From Heterodontus francisci (Eukaryota): a stretch of DNA of 64,000 nt. This document shows positions 26,634-39,420 of this stretch, in pieces. Location: assembly GCF_036365525.1 (NCBI RefSeq), contig NC_090377.1, positions 37,106,201 through 37,170,200 on the forward strand, written 5' to 3'. The position numbers and the translations under genes were made by a program. Positions within the stretch are counted from its first letter, which is position 1, and each line of letters starts with the position of its first letter. The notes beneath the pieces were generated by a model. The model worked only from the letters and a program-made list of their open reading frames with translations, had not been told where the DNA came from and searched no databases.

Positions 26634-27165
26634 AACAACAACAACAATTTGCACATACAGAGCACATTTAACATAGTAAAACATCCCAAGGCATTTCACT
26701 GGAGTGTTATTGGACCAAATTGTGGCACCGAGTTACATAAGGAGATATTTGGATAGGGTGACCAAAAGCTTACTCAAAAAGATACGTTTTAAGGGGCATC
26801 TTGAAGGATGATAAGTGGAAAGGTTTAGGGGAGGGAGTTCCAGAGCTTAGGACCTAAACAGCTGAAGGCATGGCCGCCAATGGTAGGGCAAAAGAAATCA
26901 GGGATACACGAGGGCAGAATTGGAGTAATGCAGAGTTCTCAGATTGCAGAGTTGGAGCAGGATACAGAGATAGGGAGGAATGAGGCTGTGGTGGGATTTC
27001 AACACAAGGATAAAAAAATTTAATTTGAGGCATTGCTGGACTGGGAGCCAAGAAAATCAACAAGCATAGGGGTGATGGTGAACAGGACTTTGTGTGAATT
27101 AGGATTTGGTCAGCTGAGTTTTGGATGAGCTCAAGCTTAGAAGGTGGAAATGGTAGTCCATATAG
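26634..27165 (-). mobile_element. L2 LINE 3' portion
   Basis: (caa)n tail at 26633-26647 and reverse-strand similarity to 1100-1686. Confidence 0.7.
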
Positions 27166-27202
27166 AGAAAGAAGGCAAGCAACTGGTCTCTAAATATGTC
27201 AT

Positions 27203-27418
27203 AAAAGCAAAATACTGCGGATGCTGGAAATCTGAAATAAAAACAAGAAATGCTGGAGCCACTCAGCAGGTCTGGCAGCATCTGTGGAAAGAGAAACAGA
27301 GTTAACGTTTCAGATCAGCTCCGAAGAAGGGTCACTGACCCGAAACGTTAACAATGCTTCTCTTTCCACAGATGCTGCCAGACCTGCTGAGTGGTTCCAG
27401 CATTTCTTGTTTTTATTA
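27203..27418. mobile_element. Short hairpin element with hammerhead-like motif in loop/arm (Penelope-derived)
   Basis: ~78-bp near-perfect inverted arms 27236-27313 / 27340-27417; ct-CCGAAGA-agggtcactgaccc-GAAA-cgtt-aac; perfect 15-bp direct repeat CTCTAAATATGTCAT at 27188-27202 and 27419-27433. Confidence 0.85.
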
Positions 27419-27519
27419 CTCTAAATATGTCATCTGTGAAAGGAAAGAAACAAAAAAAAGAACTTGCACTTGTATAGTAACTTATAATATCCTTAGGCCA
27501 ATGATTTCTAACCAAATGA

Positions 27520-28060
27520 TATATGGAAATATGTACAGGAAACATGCCATTTGGCCTATCAGTCCATGTCATATTTTACCCTTTACGCACCTCCCTTCTG
27601 GTTCTTTTGATAAGTACCTTAAATCTGCTTCCTCGGGTTACTTACTCTCCTGCCAATGGAAACCATTTCTCCCAAATACTCTATTAAAACCCCTCAACAT
27701 TTTGAATACCTCCATTAATTCTCCACTAAAACTTCTCTGCTGTGATGAGAACAATTCCAGCTTCTCTAATCTCATCACATAACTGAAGCCTCTCATCCCT
27801 TATGATAGTCTGGTAAATCTCCTCTGCATTCCAAAACCCTTTCATTTTACCTACTAATTTTCTCTTAAACATTCTCCTTGCCCCTCTTATTTCCTTACTA
27901 ATTTCTCCTCTGCACTTTCTGTATTCTACCTTATTCTTTATTGCATATAAATCTGACAATTATTAAAACCTCGTTTTCCTGTTTCATTTTAATCGCTATA
28001 TCTTTAGTCATCTAGGGCTCTCTGGCTGTGGGCAACTTTCCTTCACCCTCATAGGAATGT
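27520..28060 (-). mobile_element. Rearranged CR1 fragments
   Basis: EYRKCRGEISKEIRGARRMFKRKLVGKMK (ORF2 linker) plus decayed 3' region. Confidence 0.55.
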
Positions 28061-28085
28061 GATGACGTCTGTAATAATAAAAGGT

Positions 28086-28400
28086 GTGGCACAGTGGTTA
28101 GCATCACAGCTCCAGTGACCCGGGTTCGATTCTGGGTACTACCTGTGCGGAGTTTGCAAGTTCTCCCTGTGAACGCGTGGGTTTTCGCTGGGTGCTCCGG
28201 TTTCCTCCGACAGCTAAAGACTTGCAGGTTAATAGGTAAATTGGCCATTGTAAATTGCCCTCAGTGTAGGTAGATCATAGGAGAATAGTGGGGATGTGGT
28301 AGGGAATATGGGATGAGTATAAATGGGTGGTTGTTGGTCAGCACAGGCTCAGTGGGCCAAAGGGCCTGTTTCAGTGCTGTATCTCTAAATAAATAAAAAA
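28086..28400 (+). mobile_element. HE1-type tRNA-derived V-SINE
   Basis: A box tggcacagtggtt, B box gggttcgattc, V-domain (gtgcggagtttgcaagttctccctgtg..gcgtgggttt..gggtgctccggtttcctcc), CR1-like tail gggcc.aagggcctgtttcagtgctgtatctc(taaa)n. Confidence 0.88.
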
Positions 28401-29654
28401 ATGACTCACATTTATGTGTGGGGGTTTTATGACTATATAATGTCACAAAGTGTTTTATGGACAATTAAGTACTTTCAAATTGTCCCGCTGAAATATAGAA
28501 ATTAGCATTTCTTTGCAATACATAGAAGAAGCTACCTAAAATGTTTTTAACTGAATTGCTGGAATTCACCCTTATGGTATTTGTTTGCTGAAGGTTGCAT
28601 GGTTTTTAAATTCTAAATAGTTTTTCACTGTGCACTATTCCAATTACGTGATCTGAAAAATTTACCACTTCGAAGACACAAGTCAAAAATGTAATTTCTA
28701 ACAATTTATTTTCCTAAATTTAAGCCTGGATAATTTAGGATAACAACTTACTAAAGTTTTTAATTATGACATTCTTTTGTTTTAAACTCCATTACTGTCA
28801 TATGATTGCTTGTTTCTTAAAACTCATGCACATAGTTTATTTTAAAAAGCCTCTTCTTTCCAAAAGCAAACACATGGGAAAGCTTTCGAAAACAAATTAA
28901 AACCAATCCTCAGGCATATGTGGGGGATAAAGAGAGAACAATGTGAATTGTAAAACTGTTCCTATTGTAAAACTATCCCATCACCACAGATTGATGGTAT
29001 GACAATCTCCTTTGTTTGCCTGCTAACAGGGGTACAAGTGACATGAGTTTGGACAGTTCCTACTGAATAAAAATTCACAAAAAAAAAGTATTCATTTATG
29101 CCAAATTTTGAGCAATCAGAAGTCTCATTTGGACAGGTTGGTGTGGGAAATTTTAAAAAAATACATCTTGCTACAGTAGCCAGCAGTGTTCTTTCGTGGC
29201 AGGATTATAGCAAATTTGTTAGAGCAATATAGAGAGAAACTTTACGCTGTATCTAGCTGTTTAATACCTAACATAGTGTTTTACCAAAAATATTAGTGTT
29301 TCATTCTTCTCTACTGACATTCATCAGCTTGATATGTATAAAAATACTTCAAATTTTAAAAAAATTAAAAATGTCAATAATTAAGTCAAATAATAGCTAA
29401 ATTCGAGTTACAATAATATAATTTAAATGAATGTTGAAATCATAACCCATTAACAGGTTGGAAAGTGAGGGTTGTTTTTGATAGAGCAGGAACCAGTCAA
29501 GAAACTTTTAAATTAGTTCCGTCAGTCCAAAGTAATTTATTGAAGGACATAATACGCAGGTTGAAGGGTTAGCTGACGCTGAGTCTGACTCCAATGTTTA
29601 GGGCGAAGGTGTTTTTTAGTTTTTCTCAGGATTTGGGAGATGATGACAAGGTTA

Positions 29655-30360
29655 GAACATAAGAACATAAGAAATAGGAGCAGGAGTAGGCCATTCAGCC
29701 CCTCAAGCCTGCCCCGCCATTCAATAAGATCATGGCTGATCTGTCCCAGGCCTCAACTCCTCTTTTAGACCTGCTCCGCCTAACCCTCGACTCCCCGAGA
29801 TTTCAAAAATATAAGGTTGCCTCCCCTGTTGCCCTGTGAAGGTGGGTCTTCTGTTTGAACAACTGCAATCCTTCTGGTGCTGACCCACCCATGATGGTGC
29901 TAGGAAGGGACTTCCAGCAGCTATGAAGGAATGGCAACATGTATCCAAATCAGGATGGTTTGAATACTGTGCAGTCATCAATGAACAAAATGAAGCTCCT
30001 GAAGATGGTTGTGCCAAGGGTGCTACCCTAAAGAATTACTGCAGCAATACCCTGGGGCTACGATGATTGATCTCTGAATATTACAGCCCTCTCCCTTTAT
30101 GTTATGATGCCAGGCACTATAATCTTTTCCTCTTGACCCCCATTGATTTTACTTTTGGTAAGGCTCTTTGGTGCTTTACTCAGCCAGAAGATGCCTTGAT
30201 TTATGATGAATTTTCAACATATTTATGCTACTACTGGTGGTGGCAACCAGGTAGGATGCTCAGAATTATGGGTGGAGATCACGCTCATTGAATCTCCATC
30301 CATTCAGTGCAGCCTGACAGTTTTGAGCCAGGAGAGAATGACTGCCAATAATATTGGGAG
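29655..30360 (-). mobile_element. CR1 3' tail (29655-29810) and decayed fragments of the LINE family also at 38440-39430
   Basis: (agaacata)n tail + aggagcaggagtaggccattcagccc; downstream degenerate LINE-like blocks. Confidence 0.5.
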
Positions 30361-31889
30361 TAACCCAGGGAATAAGGGTAAATAAAAAAGATTGTTACTA
30401 AAACGTAAAACTGCAAGAGGCATATTGGACTGAAACAATTAAAGAAAAACAAAGCAAAGGAGATCAAAAACTAGCCAGAAAGTCTGAAATACAAAATGAG
30501 TTTAAAGTAGCATAGAATTTTTTTTTAAAAGTCAAGTGCAAATATATATTCACAGCAAACATGTGAAAAATTAAATACTGGAGTTTTTGAAAGATTCCCA
30601 AAGATGCCATAATATCAAAAAAGCAAGGGACAGTAAATATAGGCTCAGATTTTGTGCTAAGAATAACAATGAGGCTGTCAGCACTCACTATTCTTAAGGG
30701 GTAAATCAGACAGCAATTGCTAGCATCCAGACATGCACAGTTAAACACAGAAATCAGGAAATTGCTGTCCCAAGATCCCCTAATCCTCTGCAGGCTTCAC
30801 TGTAACATTATCTCATGAGGGATTCAGCATTCAAATACATGAAGGGCGTGCAGTTGCTGTGTCTACCTGCTAAACATGCCAGAAAAAGTTAGGCCCTGCC
30901 AATTCAAATGCAGGTGAATTTTTAATGATATGTTAAGTCTGAATTACTGCTAAAAAACCTCTCTGGGACTGAAAATTAACTTTTACAAGTGAAGTTTCAT
31001 TCCTTCAGACTTTAATTATTGTTGGAGTTTTTTTTAACTTTCTATCTCTTTTATCTCTCTCAATCTATCTTTCTCTCCCTCTCTATTATGCTTTCTTTAC
31101 ATGATTTTACATTGAATTACATATTCTAATATTCATTTCATGGTTTAGAATCTGTGTGCCTCAGTAAGAATTCTTCGACCTGATTGGTTGAAGAGACACT
31201 CTGTTACTTCCCCTGTTCAGACAGGTCCCAGATCCCCTGTACAAAGCGTGTGCTATATCTAACTCCCGATGACCGTAAGTTGCTGCTCAAAAGCCCACAA
31301 AAATCTGCGGGCAGCTGTAAACATAATGAACAGACAGCGATGCCTGTTCGTCACTGAGCCCAGAATCCATACCAAATCAATTATTCTCTTTGTTTGGAAA
31401 TCTGTGGACAATTATATTAGCATAGAAATTAACTTTTCAGGAAATAATAAACAAAATAGAAATATTAGCTAAGGCTGTCACTGAAAGGCAGTGAATATGA
31501 AAGCAAAATCAAGGTACCAGAGGCCCATGATACTGTAGAATTGGTATTGGTTTTCTTTCAGGGAAACAACAAAACATTTTTTGTCACATCCTTGGCCTGT
31601 TCATGGCTTCAAACTCCTTCAATCCAAACATTAGGTTGCCACTCTGATCTTCTGCCAGGAATTCAGCTGGGCACCTGTCCAACAATTCCAGTAACAGATG
31701 CAGGGATCCCAGATCTTACATTTTGAGCAGTTGTGAATTTTTATTACTAACTGTTCATCCTTTCCTATTTTGAATTTGGTGTTATCATCTGGTTAAAATT
31801 TTTTTTGATATTATCTGAGCATGATTAATGAAACCATTGATGAGGTAACTATCTTAATGTTCTCTAAATGAAACCTGAAATTAGTTAAT

Positions 31890-32495
31890 TGGCTATTCCA
31901 CTCACAAAAACAACCCTTGACCATTACCCTCTGCCTCCTGCCACTAAGCCAACTTTGGATCCAATTTGCCAAATTGCCCTGGATCCCATGGGCTCTTACC
32001 TTCTTAACCAATCTTCCTTGCGGGACTTTATCAAAAGCCTTACTGAAGTCCATGTAGACTGCATCAACTGCTTTACCCTCATCTACACATCTAGTCACCG
32101 CCTCGAAAAATTCAATGAAGTTAGTTAGACATGATCTCCACCTGACAAAGCCATGCTGGCTATTCTTGATTGACCCCTGCCTCTTCAGGTGGAGATTAAT
32201 CCTGTCCCTCAGAATTTTTTACACTAGTTTCCCAACTACTGATGTTAGACTCACCAGCCTGTAATTACCTGGTTTATCCCTGCTACCCTTCTTGAATAAT
32301 GGCACTACATTCGCTGTCCTCCAGTCCTCTGGTGGCTCTCCTGTGGCCAGAGAGGATTTGAAAACTTGTGTCAGACCCCCTGCTATCTCCTCCCTAGCCT
32401 CACATAACAGCCTGGGATACATCTCATTTGGGCCTGGGGATTTATCCACTTTTAAGCCCGCTAAAACAGCTAAGACTTCCTCCCTTTCAATGCTT
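31890..32495 (-). mobile_element. CR1 ORF2 RT fragment
   Basis: MDKSPGPNEMYPRLL..EDWRTANVVPLFKKG..PGNYRLVSLTSVVGK and [12 protein letters not shown]; same family as 43380-43930. Confidence 0.85.
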
Positions 32496-32499
32496 TCAG

Positions 32500-32985
32500 T
32501 GCTTCAATTCTTAACTCACAACAAGTCCCGTTCACCCATTGCCGCTGTGCTCACTGACGTACATTGGCTCCTGGTCCTGCAATGCCTCTTATTTAAAATT
32601 CTTACCCATGTTTTCGAATCCCTCCATGGCCTCACCCTCCCTATCTCTGTGATGACCCCCAGCTGTACAACCTTCCAAGAACACTCCATTTCTCCAATTT
32701 TTGCCTCCTGTGCATCTTCGATTTACTTCACCTTACCAGTGGCGGCTATGCCTTCAACTAAAAAGGCCTGAAGTTCTGGAATGCCTTCCCTAAACATTTC
32801 CGTCTCTCTACCTCTTTCCCTGCTCTTTTATTACCCTCTTGCCGCTTTGACCAAAGTTTTGATCACCTGTCCTAATATCTCCTGATGCAGCTTAGTGTCA
32901 AGTTTTCTTTGTTCATGCTCTTGTGATGTGCCTTGGGTAATTTTAATACATAAAAGGGTCGATATAAATGTAAGTTGTTGTTGTC
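32500..32985 (+). mobile_element. L2 LINE 3' fragment
   Basis: SRSPIAAVLTDVHWL..FKIL..VFESLHGL; ends atataaatgtaagttgttgttgt. Confidence 0.75.
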
Positions 32986-33828
32986 GGGACCAACATTCAG
33001 TTGTGCTGATGATAGAAATCTGCAGATGCATGTTCAAATGCACATGCAGAGATCCACTCCTGCAGTCATTAATTACTTATGTAAGGCGTGAACCAGTGGG
33101 AGGATTCACATCATGCTAGAAGTTAAATGGACTATCTATGCAGTATAAAATGATATTTTGCTTTGGACTGGACTAATATTTCACACCGTGTGAGCTGACA
33201 TCTTGAAGCATTCAGTTTTAGGGTGTTTTTATACTGTAACTACTGGCCTGAGACGAGTTGCTGCACAATCTGTTCCAATATGCCTTTCCTCCTTTATATT
33301 GCTTGACTCCCAGTTGAATTCTAGCAGCCAGGAGCGAGCTTTTTGCCTGTGTACATATGTGAGTGCACACAGCTCAACTTCCAGAGGTTATTTTTTAAAT
33401 GTTTAGACAGCACAAATGGGAGTTCCTACTTTCTCACAGCATTCTGTATAAGCAACTCTGTATAAGTTTAGAAAGTTAACAAAAGATCCAAAGGATCTCG
33501 GAACACCTGTTAACTGTGATTTGACTGTAGACTGGGCTTGTACTCCTTGCAATGTCAAAACCAAGTAGTGTGGGTCTGCCTTGTGAAGTTGACTCAGACA
33601 CCAATCCCCTCTGGAGAGTAGACATATTGGTTTTTGGTTCAGAAAATTTCAAAATCTGCAACAGTAAATAGGGCCACCAATCAACATGGCGGATAACGTT
33701 TTGCATCCAGTGCAATCTGTCATACTTGAAACACCACACATAGAAAGCAAACTCAGTAAAGCAGAAATGCCAACCTACTTCCTCTGACCTCAAACGTGAA
33801 AGTTACAAGCAATTTACTGATCTCCAAT

Positions 33829-35117
33829 TGACACAAAACTGGGTGGGAGGGTGAGTTGTGAGGCAGATGCAGAGAGGCTTCAGGGTGCCTTGGACAAGTT
33901 GAGTGAGTGGGCTAATGCATGGCAGATTATTTTCATTAGAAAGACGGAGGTTGAGGGGGGACCTGATTGAGGTGTACAAAATCATGAGAGGTATAGACAG
34001 GGTGGATAGCAAGAAGCTTTTTCCCAGAGTGGGGGATTCAATTACTAGGGGTCACGAGTTCAAAGTGAGAGGGGAAAAGTTTCGGGGGGTTATGCGTGGA
34101 AAGTTCTTTACGCAGAGGGTGGTGGGTGCCTGGAACGCGTTGCCAGCGGAGGTGGTAGACGCGGGCACGATAGCGTCTTTTAAGATGTATCTAGACAGAT
34201 ACATGAATGGGCAGGAAGCAAAGAGATACAGACCCTTAGAAAATAGGCGACATGTTTAGATAGAGGATCTGGATCGGCGCAGGCTTGGAGGGCCGAAGGG
34301 CTTGTTCCTGTGCTGTAATTTTCTTTGTTCTTTGTTCAGATGCAGTATAATGTGGATAAATGTGAGGTTATCCATTTTGGTAGCAAAAGCAGGAAGGCAG
34401 ATTATTATCTGAACAGCTGTAAACTGAGAGAGGGGAATATGCAGTGAGACCTGGGTGTTCTCGGATACCAGTCGCTGAAGGTAAGCATGCAGGTCCAACA
34501 AGCGGTAAAAAAGGCAAATGTTATGTTGGCCTTCATCGCGAGAGGATTCAAGTACAGGAGCAGGGATGTCTTGCTGCAGTTATACAGGGCCTTGGTGAGG
34601 CCACACCTGGAATATTATGTGCAGTTTTGGTCTCCTTATCTGAGGAAGGATGTTCTTGCTATAGAGGGAGTGCAGCGAAGGTTATCCAGACTGATTCTTG
34701 GGATGGCGGGACTGACGTATGAGGAGAGATTGAGTCAGTTCGGATTATATTCGCTGGAGTTCAGAAGAATGATGGGGGGGATCTCATAGAAACCTATAAA
34801 ATTCTAACAGGACTTGACAGGGTAAGGGGTCATAGTCTAAGGATATAGGGTAAACCTTTCAGGACTGAAATGAGGAGACATTTCTTCACCCAGAGAGTGG
34901 TGAGCCTGTGGAATATGCTACCACAGAAAGCAGTTGAGGCCAAAACATTGTATGTTTTCAAAAAGGAGTTAGATATAGCTCTTGGGTCTAAAGGGATCAA
35001 AAGGTATGGGGCGAAAGCGGGAACAGGCTACTGAGTTGGATGATCAGCCATGATCATAATGAACGGCGCAGCAAGCCTGAAGGGCCGAATGGCCTACTCC
35101 TCCTATTTTCTATGTTA
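33829..35117 (+). mobile_element. 5'-truncated CR1 containing a nested CR1 (33928-34336)
   Basis: Starts at DTKLGG codons; [39 protein letters not shown]; nested insert flanked by CAGAT/CAGAT (33923-33927, 34337-34341) and ending in (ttctttg)n tail. Confidence 0.88.
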
Positions 35118-35269
35118 ATCAGGAATTTAAAAGGAGCTACAATTACCAAAGGGGGTACTGTTTTTTTTTAAATTCATTCAAGGGATGTAGCCATTGCTGG
35201 CAAGGCCAGCATTTATTCCTCATTCGCTCAAAGGAACAGGCCAGGCAAAGAAGCTAAGCATGACACAAA

Positions 35270-35423
35270 CACAAAAATGCTGTGGATACTGGAGATCTGA
35301 AATAAAAACAGAAAATGCTGGAAATACTCAGCAGGTTATTGACCTGAAACATTAATTCTGTTTCTCTCTCCACAGATGCTGCCTGACTTGCTTGATATTT
35401 TCAGCATTTAATGTTTTTATTTT
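35270..35423. mobile_element. Internally deleted copy of the 27203-27418 hairpin family
   Basis: ctgaaataaaaacagaaaatgctggaaatactcagcagg ... gacctgaaacattaattctgtttctctctccacagatgctgcctgac...tgtttttatt. Confidence 0.7.
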
Positions 35424-36094
35424 AGCAATGCGTGACAACCTGCTTCAGGCATCAGCTAACCTGTTAGCATATGTAAATGAAGTATCACTTCTGTATTCAG
35501 TGCACTAATTGGTTTCAGAACCAGGGTTAAGAGTATGTTTGAAACTGTCCTGAACTATTTTTTTGCACAGCTGCTTTGCAGAGTTGATAGGTAAAGAAAA
35601 ACAATAGCTACTTTGTGATTTTTGGTTTGTTGTTCAGTTGCAAGTGCAAAACACTATAATATTGTCAAGGATAACCTGAGGTCAACAAGTAAACCGAGGG
35701 AATGTTAGTATTAAATAACAATTACTTAAAATGGAAAGCAAAAGATTGGTTAATATAACCATATTCTGCAATAAGGAAATAAATATTAAATCAATTTAAT
35801 ATCATACTTGATTAAATATGTTAATGTGGTCCAATATGTCAAACGTAGTACGGGAAGCAAGAATATTTTTATGCAGCGAGTTATTATGATATGGAATGCA
35901 CTGTCTGAAAGGTTGGGAGAGGAAGATTTAGTAGTAACTTTCAAAAGAGAATTGGGCTTGGGAAAAGAACAGGGCAGTGGGAGTAATTGGATAGCTCTTT
36001 CAAAGAGCTGGCAGAGGTATGATGGGCTGAATGGCCTCCTTCTAAGCTGTATCCTTTTATGATTCTATGAAGGTGACCTAATATAACCCCAGGA

Positions 36095-38290
36095 GATTAT
36101 GCACCTTAAGCCTGATCCACCATTCAATGAGATCATGGTTGATCTGTGACCTAACTCCATATACCCTCCTTTACCCTTCATACATAATATCTTTGATTGA
36201 CAAAAATCTAACAATCTCAGTTTTAAAATTAAAAATTGATCTTGCGTCAACAGCTATGAGCAAAAGAGAGTTTCAAACTTCAACCACCCTTTGGGCTGGA
36301 TCTTGTTCTCCCCCGGGTATTGGGTTCTGAAGCGGGGGTTGGGGGGGCAGCCTGAAAATGGCTCCGGGTGAGGCCTGCCATGGACCTCAACGCCATGAGT
36401 GCCCAGCCCGATCATCCCAGTGGCGGCGAGGCTCCGTGGAGGCTCTCCTGCTGCTGGGCGATGAGACCACGATTAAAATATTCAAATCAATAAAATGAAT
36501 GAATTAATATACACTCCCACGCCTTCAAATCCCTGTCCGGGGAAAGGCGGTGCCACACTGGTGGGGAGGGGGGAGGAGGTAAGATTTTCAATGTGGGGTT
36601 GGGAGTGGGGGGGAAGGGGTCAAACAAATGTAATGTGTGTAGGGGATGGTGAGAAGGGTTAAACTGCAACCTTTGTGCAGTTTGTGGGGGGGGGAGGGTA
36701 AAGGTCAGATGTTAAAGGTAAGTGTTTTGGGGAGGAAGGATAAATAGTTAATGTAATTGTTATTGGGGGGTGGGGGGGGAAGGGGCATAAGAAATTTATT
36801 TATTTAATTTTGGAGGGTCTGTCATTAAAAATTTAAATTAGGCACCTGCACATAGACAGGATACCATTGACAACCTGCCCTCCTCCATGAGATTGGGGGG
36901 AGCGTGCCACCCTATTTAAATGATCCACCATGCTTAAGATCGTGGCAGCTCTTTGGTGTGTGGCCCACATGGGTGAGCTGCCATTTTTTGAACTCGTCAC
37001 CGAGATCAGCGGTGGGCTCTTAAAATCCAGGCCCTTGCTAGTAGAGATATTTCCTAACTTCACTCCTGAAAGGCCCAGTTATAATTTTTAGACTATGCCC
37101 TCTGTCCTAGATTCCCCAAACAGCAGAAGTATTTTCTCTTTACCTACCCGATCTGTCCCCCTTAATATCTTGAAAATTTTGATAAAATCACCCCTTAATC
37201 TTCTAAATTCCAGGGTATGCAACACTAGTTTCTGTAATCTCTCCTCAAAATTTAATCCTTGGAGTCTAGGTATCATTCTGGTAAATCTACGTTGCACTTT
37301 GTCAAAAGCCAATATCCCCTTGCTCAGGTGCAGTACCCAGAACTGCTCATAGTACTCCAGGTGTAGTCTAACAAGGGCCTTCTATAGCTACAGAATGACT
37401 TTGAACCTCTTATATTCTAGTCCTGTAGATATAAAGGTTAGCATTCAGTTAACCTTTTGACTAGCTTTTTTTACTGTCTGTCACTTTTTAATGATCTGTG
37501 CACCTAGACTCCTAAGTCTCATTGGACCTGCATTTGTGACATGTGCAATTTTCCAATCTAAAGGAATGGTTCTTGGATTGAGAGAACTTTGGAACATTAT
37601 AGTTTGGGTGTCTGCATTGTTCTCACCTACTTCTTTTAAATCCCTGGGGATTTGTCACCCTTTAATGCTATAATTTTCTTCATTGCTGTTAATTTCCTTA
37701 TGTAAATTTTGGTGAACCCTCATCCCTTGGGACATTTGGCATGCTATTCTCTTCCCCTACTGCAAATATTGATGCAAAACAATTATTTAATATGCCTGCC
37801 ATTTCCTTATTTTTATTTATAACATTACCATTGTCAGTTTTATAAGGGGCCCGCACTGCTCTCAACCACCCTCTTTTTCTAACATAATTGTCAAGGTTTT
37901 TAGTGTTGATTTTGATATCCTTTGCAATTTTTTTTCATACTTCCTTTTATAGCTCATTATGTTTTGTCACCCTTTCTTGTTCTTTGTATCTCTCTCATTC
38001 ACTAGGATCTGTGCAGGCTTTTCAATTTTTGTGTGATTTTTCTTTCAATTTGATGTTATCCCTTACCTCTTTAAGTTGTCCACTTTGGGTATAAATTGTT
38101 TCTGTATCGCATTAAATTCTTTTTCCAACATCTCCCACTGATCTTCCGTGTTTTACTCATTAACAGATGTGCCCTAGTTACATGGATTATCTCCATCACA
38201 TCTCATCGATGTTGGCCTTACCTAAATCTTAGTAGCTGTTTTATGCTTCTCCCTTTCAATCACCACATTGAATTCCATCATATTATGGTC
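36095..38290 (-). mobile_element. Fragmented CR1 interrupted by a Harbinger MITE
   Basis: KVQRRFTRMIPRLQGLNFEERLQKL..TLEFRRLRGDFIKIFKIL (37088-37312); 3'UTR at 36095-36290; further decayed ORF2 blocks to ~38290. Confidence 0.7.
36294..37034. mobile_element. Harbinger-type MITE
   Basis: Ends (G)GGCTGGATCTT / AAAATCCAGGCCC, 3-bp TSD TTG (36291-36293, 37035-37037), G-run-rich non-coding interior, cleanly splits a CR1. Confidence 0.7.
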
Positions 38291-38439
38291 ATTTCTGCTG
38301 ATTTGGAAGATATGCTTTTTCAGACAACAGGGTTATAATGCTGTTGGAATACCACAGGGAGAACTGAATAAGCCAAAAAAACATTGTTCTAAGGTGTTTG
38401 GAGAATCTTGTGGATTGAACTCTATTATTCCATGAAAAC

Positions 38440-39420
38440 TATAGAGCCTCCTTCTCCAGTTAGTTATTTAATTCTCCACTGCCATTCACGACTGAATGTG
38501 ACAGGACTGCAAAGTTCTGATCTGATCAGTTGGCTGTGGGATCACTTTGCTCTGTTTCATTGCATGATGCTTTTGCTGTTTAGCATGCATGCAGTCCTGT
38601 GTTGCAGCTTCACCAGGTTGACCTCTCATTTTGATGTGTGCCTGGTGCCGCTCCTGGCATGCCCTCCTACTCTTCATTGAACCAGGGTTGGTCCCCTGGC
38701 TTGATGGTAATGATAGAGTGGGGGATATGGTGGCCAGGAGGTTACAGATTGTGGTTGAATAAAATTCTGCTGCTGCTGATGGCCCTCAGCCCCACATGGA
38801 TACCCAGTTTTGAATTGCTAGATCTGTTCGAAATCTATCCCATTTAGCATGCTGGTAGTGCCATACAACTCGATGGTGGGTATCCTCAATGTGAAGATGG
38901 AACTTCGCCTCCACAAGGACTGTGAAATAGTCACTCCTACCAATACTGCCATGGACAGATGCATCTGCGACAGGCAGATTGGTGAGCATGAGGTCAAGTA
39001 GGTTATTCCCTCTTGTTGGTTCCCTCACCACCTGCTGCAGACCCAGTCCAGCAGCTATCTCCTTTAGGACTCAGGCAGCTCAGTCAGTAGTGGTGCGACT
39101 GAGCCATTCTTGGTGATGAACATTGAAGTCCCCCAGCCAGAGTACATTCTGTGTTCTTGCTACCCTCAGTGCTTCTTTCAATTGATGTTCAACATGGAGA
39201 AGCACTGATTCATCAGCCGAGGGGGCAGTGGGTGGTAATCAGCAGGAGGTTTCCTTGCCCTTTAGACCTGATGCCATGAGACCTCATGGGGCCAGCAATC
39301 AATGTTGAGGACTCCCAGGAAAACTCCCACCTCACTGTATACCACTATGCTGCCACCTAAGATGGGTCTCTCCTGCAGGTGGGACAGGACATACCCAAGG
39401 ATGGTGATGGTGGTGATGGC
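38440..39420 (-). mobile_element. CR1/L2-group LINE ORF2 endonuclease-region fragment
   Basis: MVREPTRGNNLLDLMLTN....SIGRSDY..V (APE motifs PTR/LDL/SDH) and GDFNVH-like sequence upstream. Confidence 0.75.
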
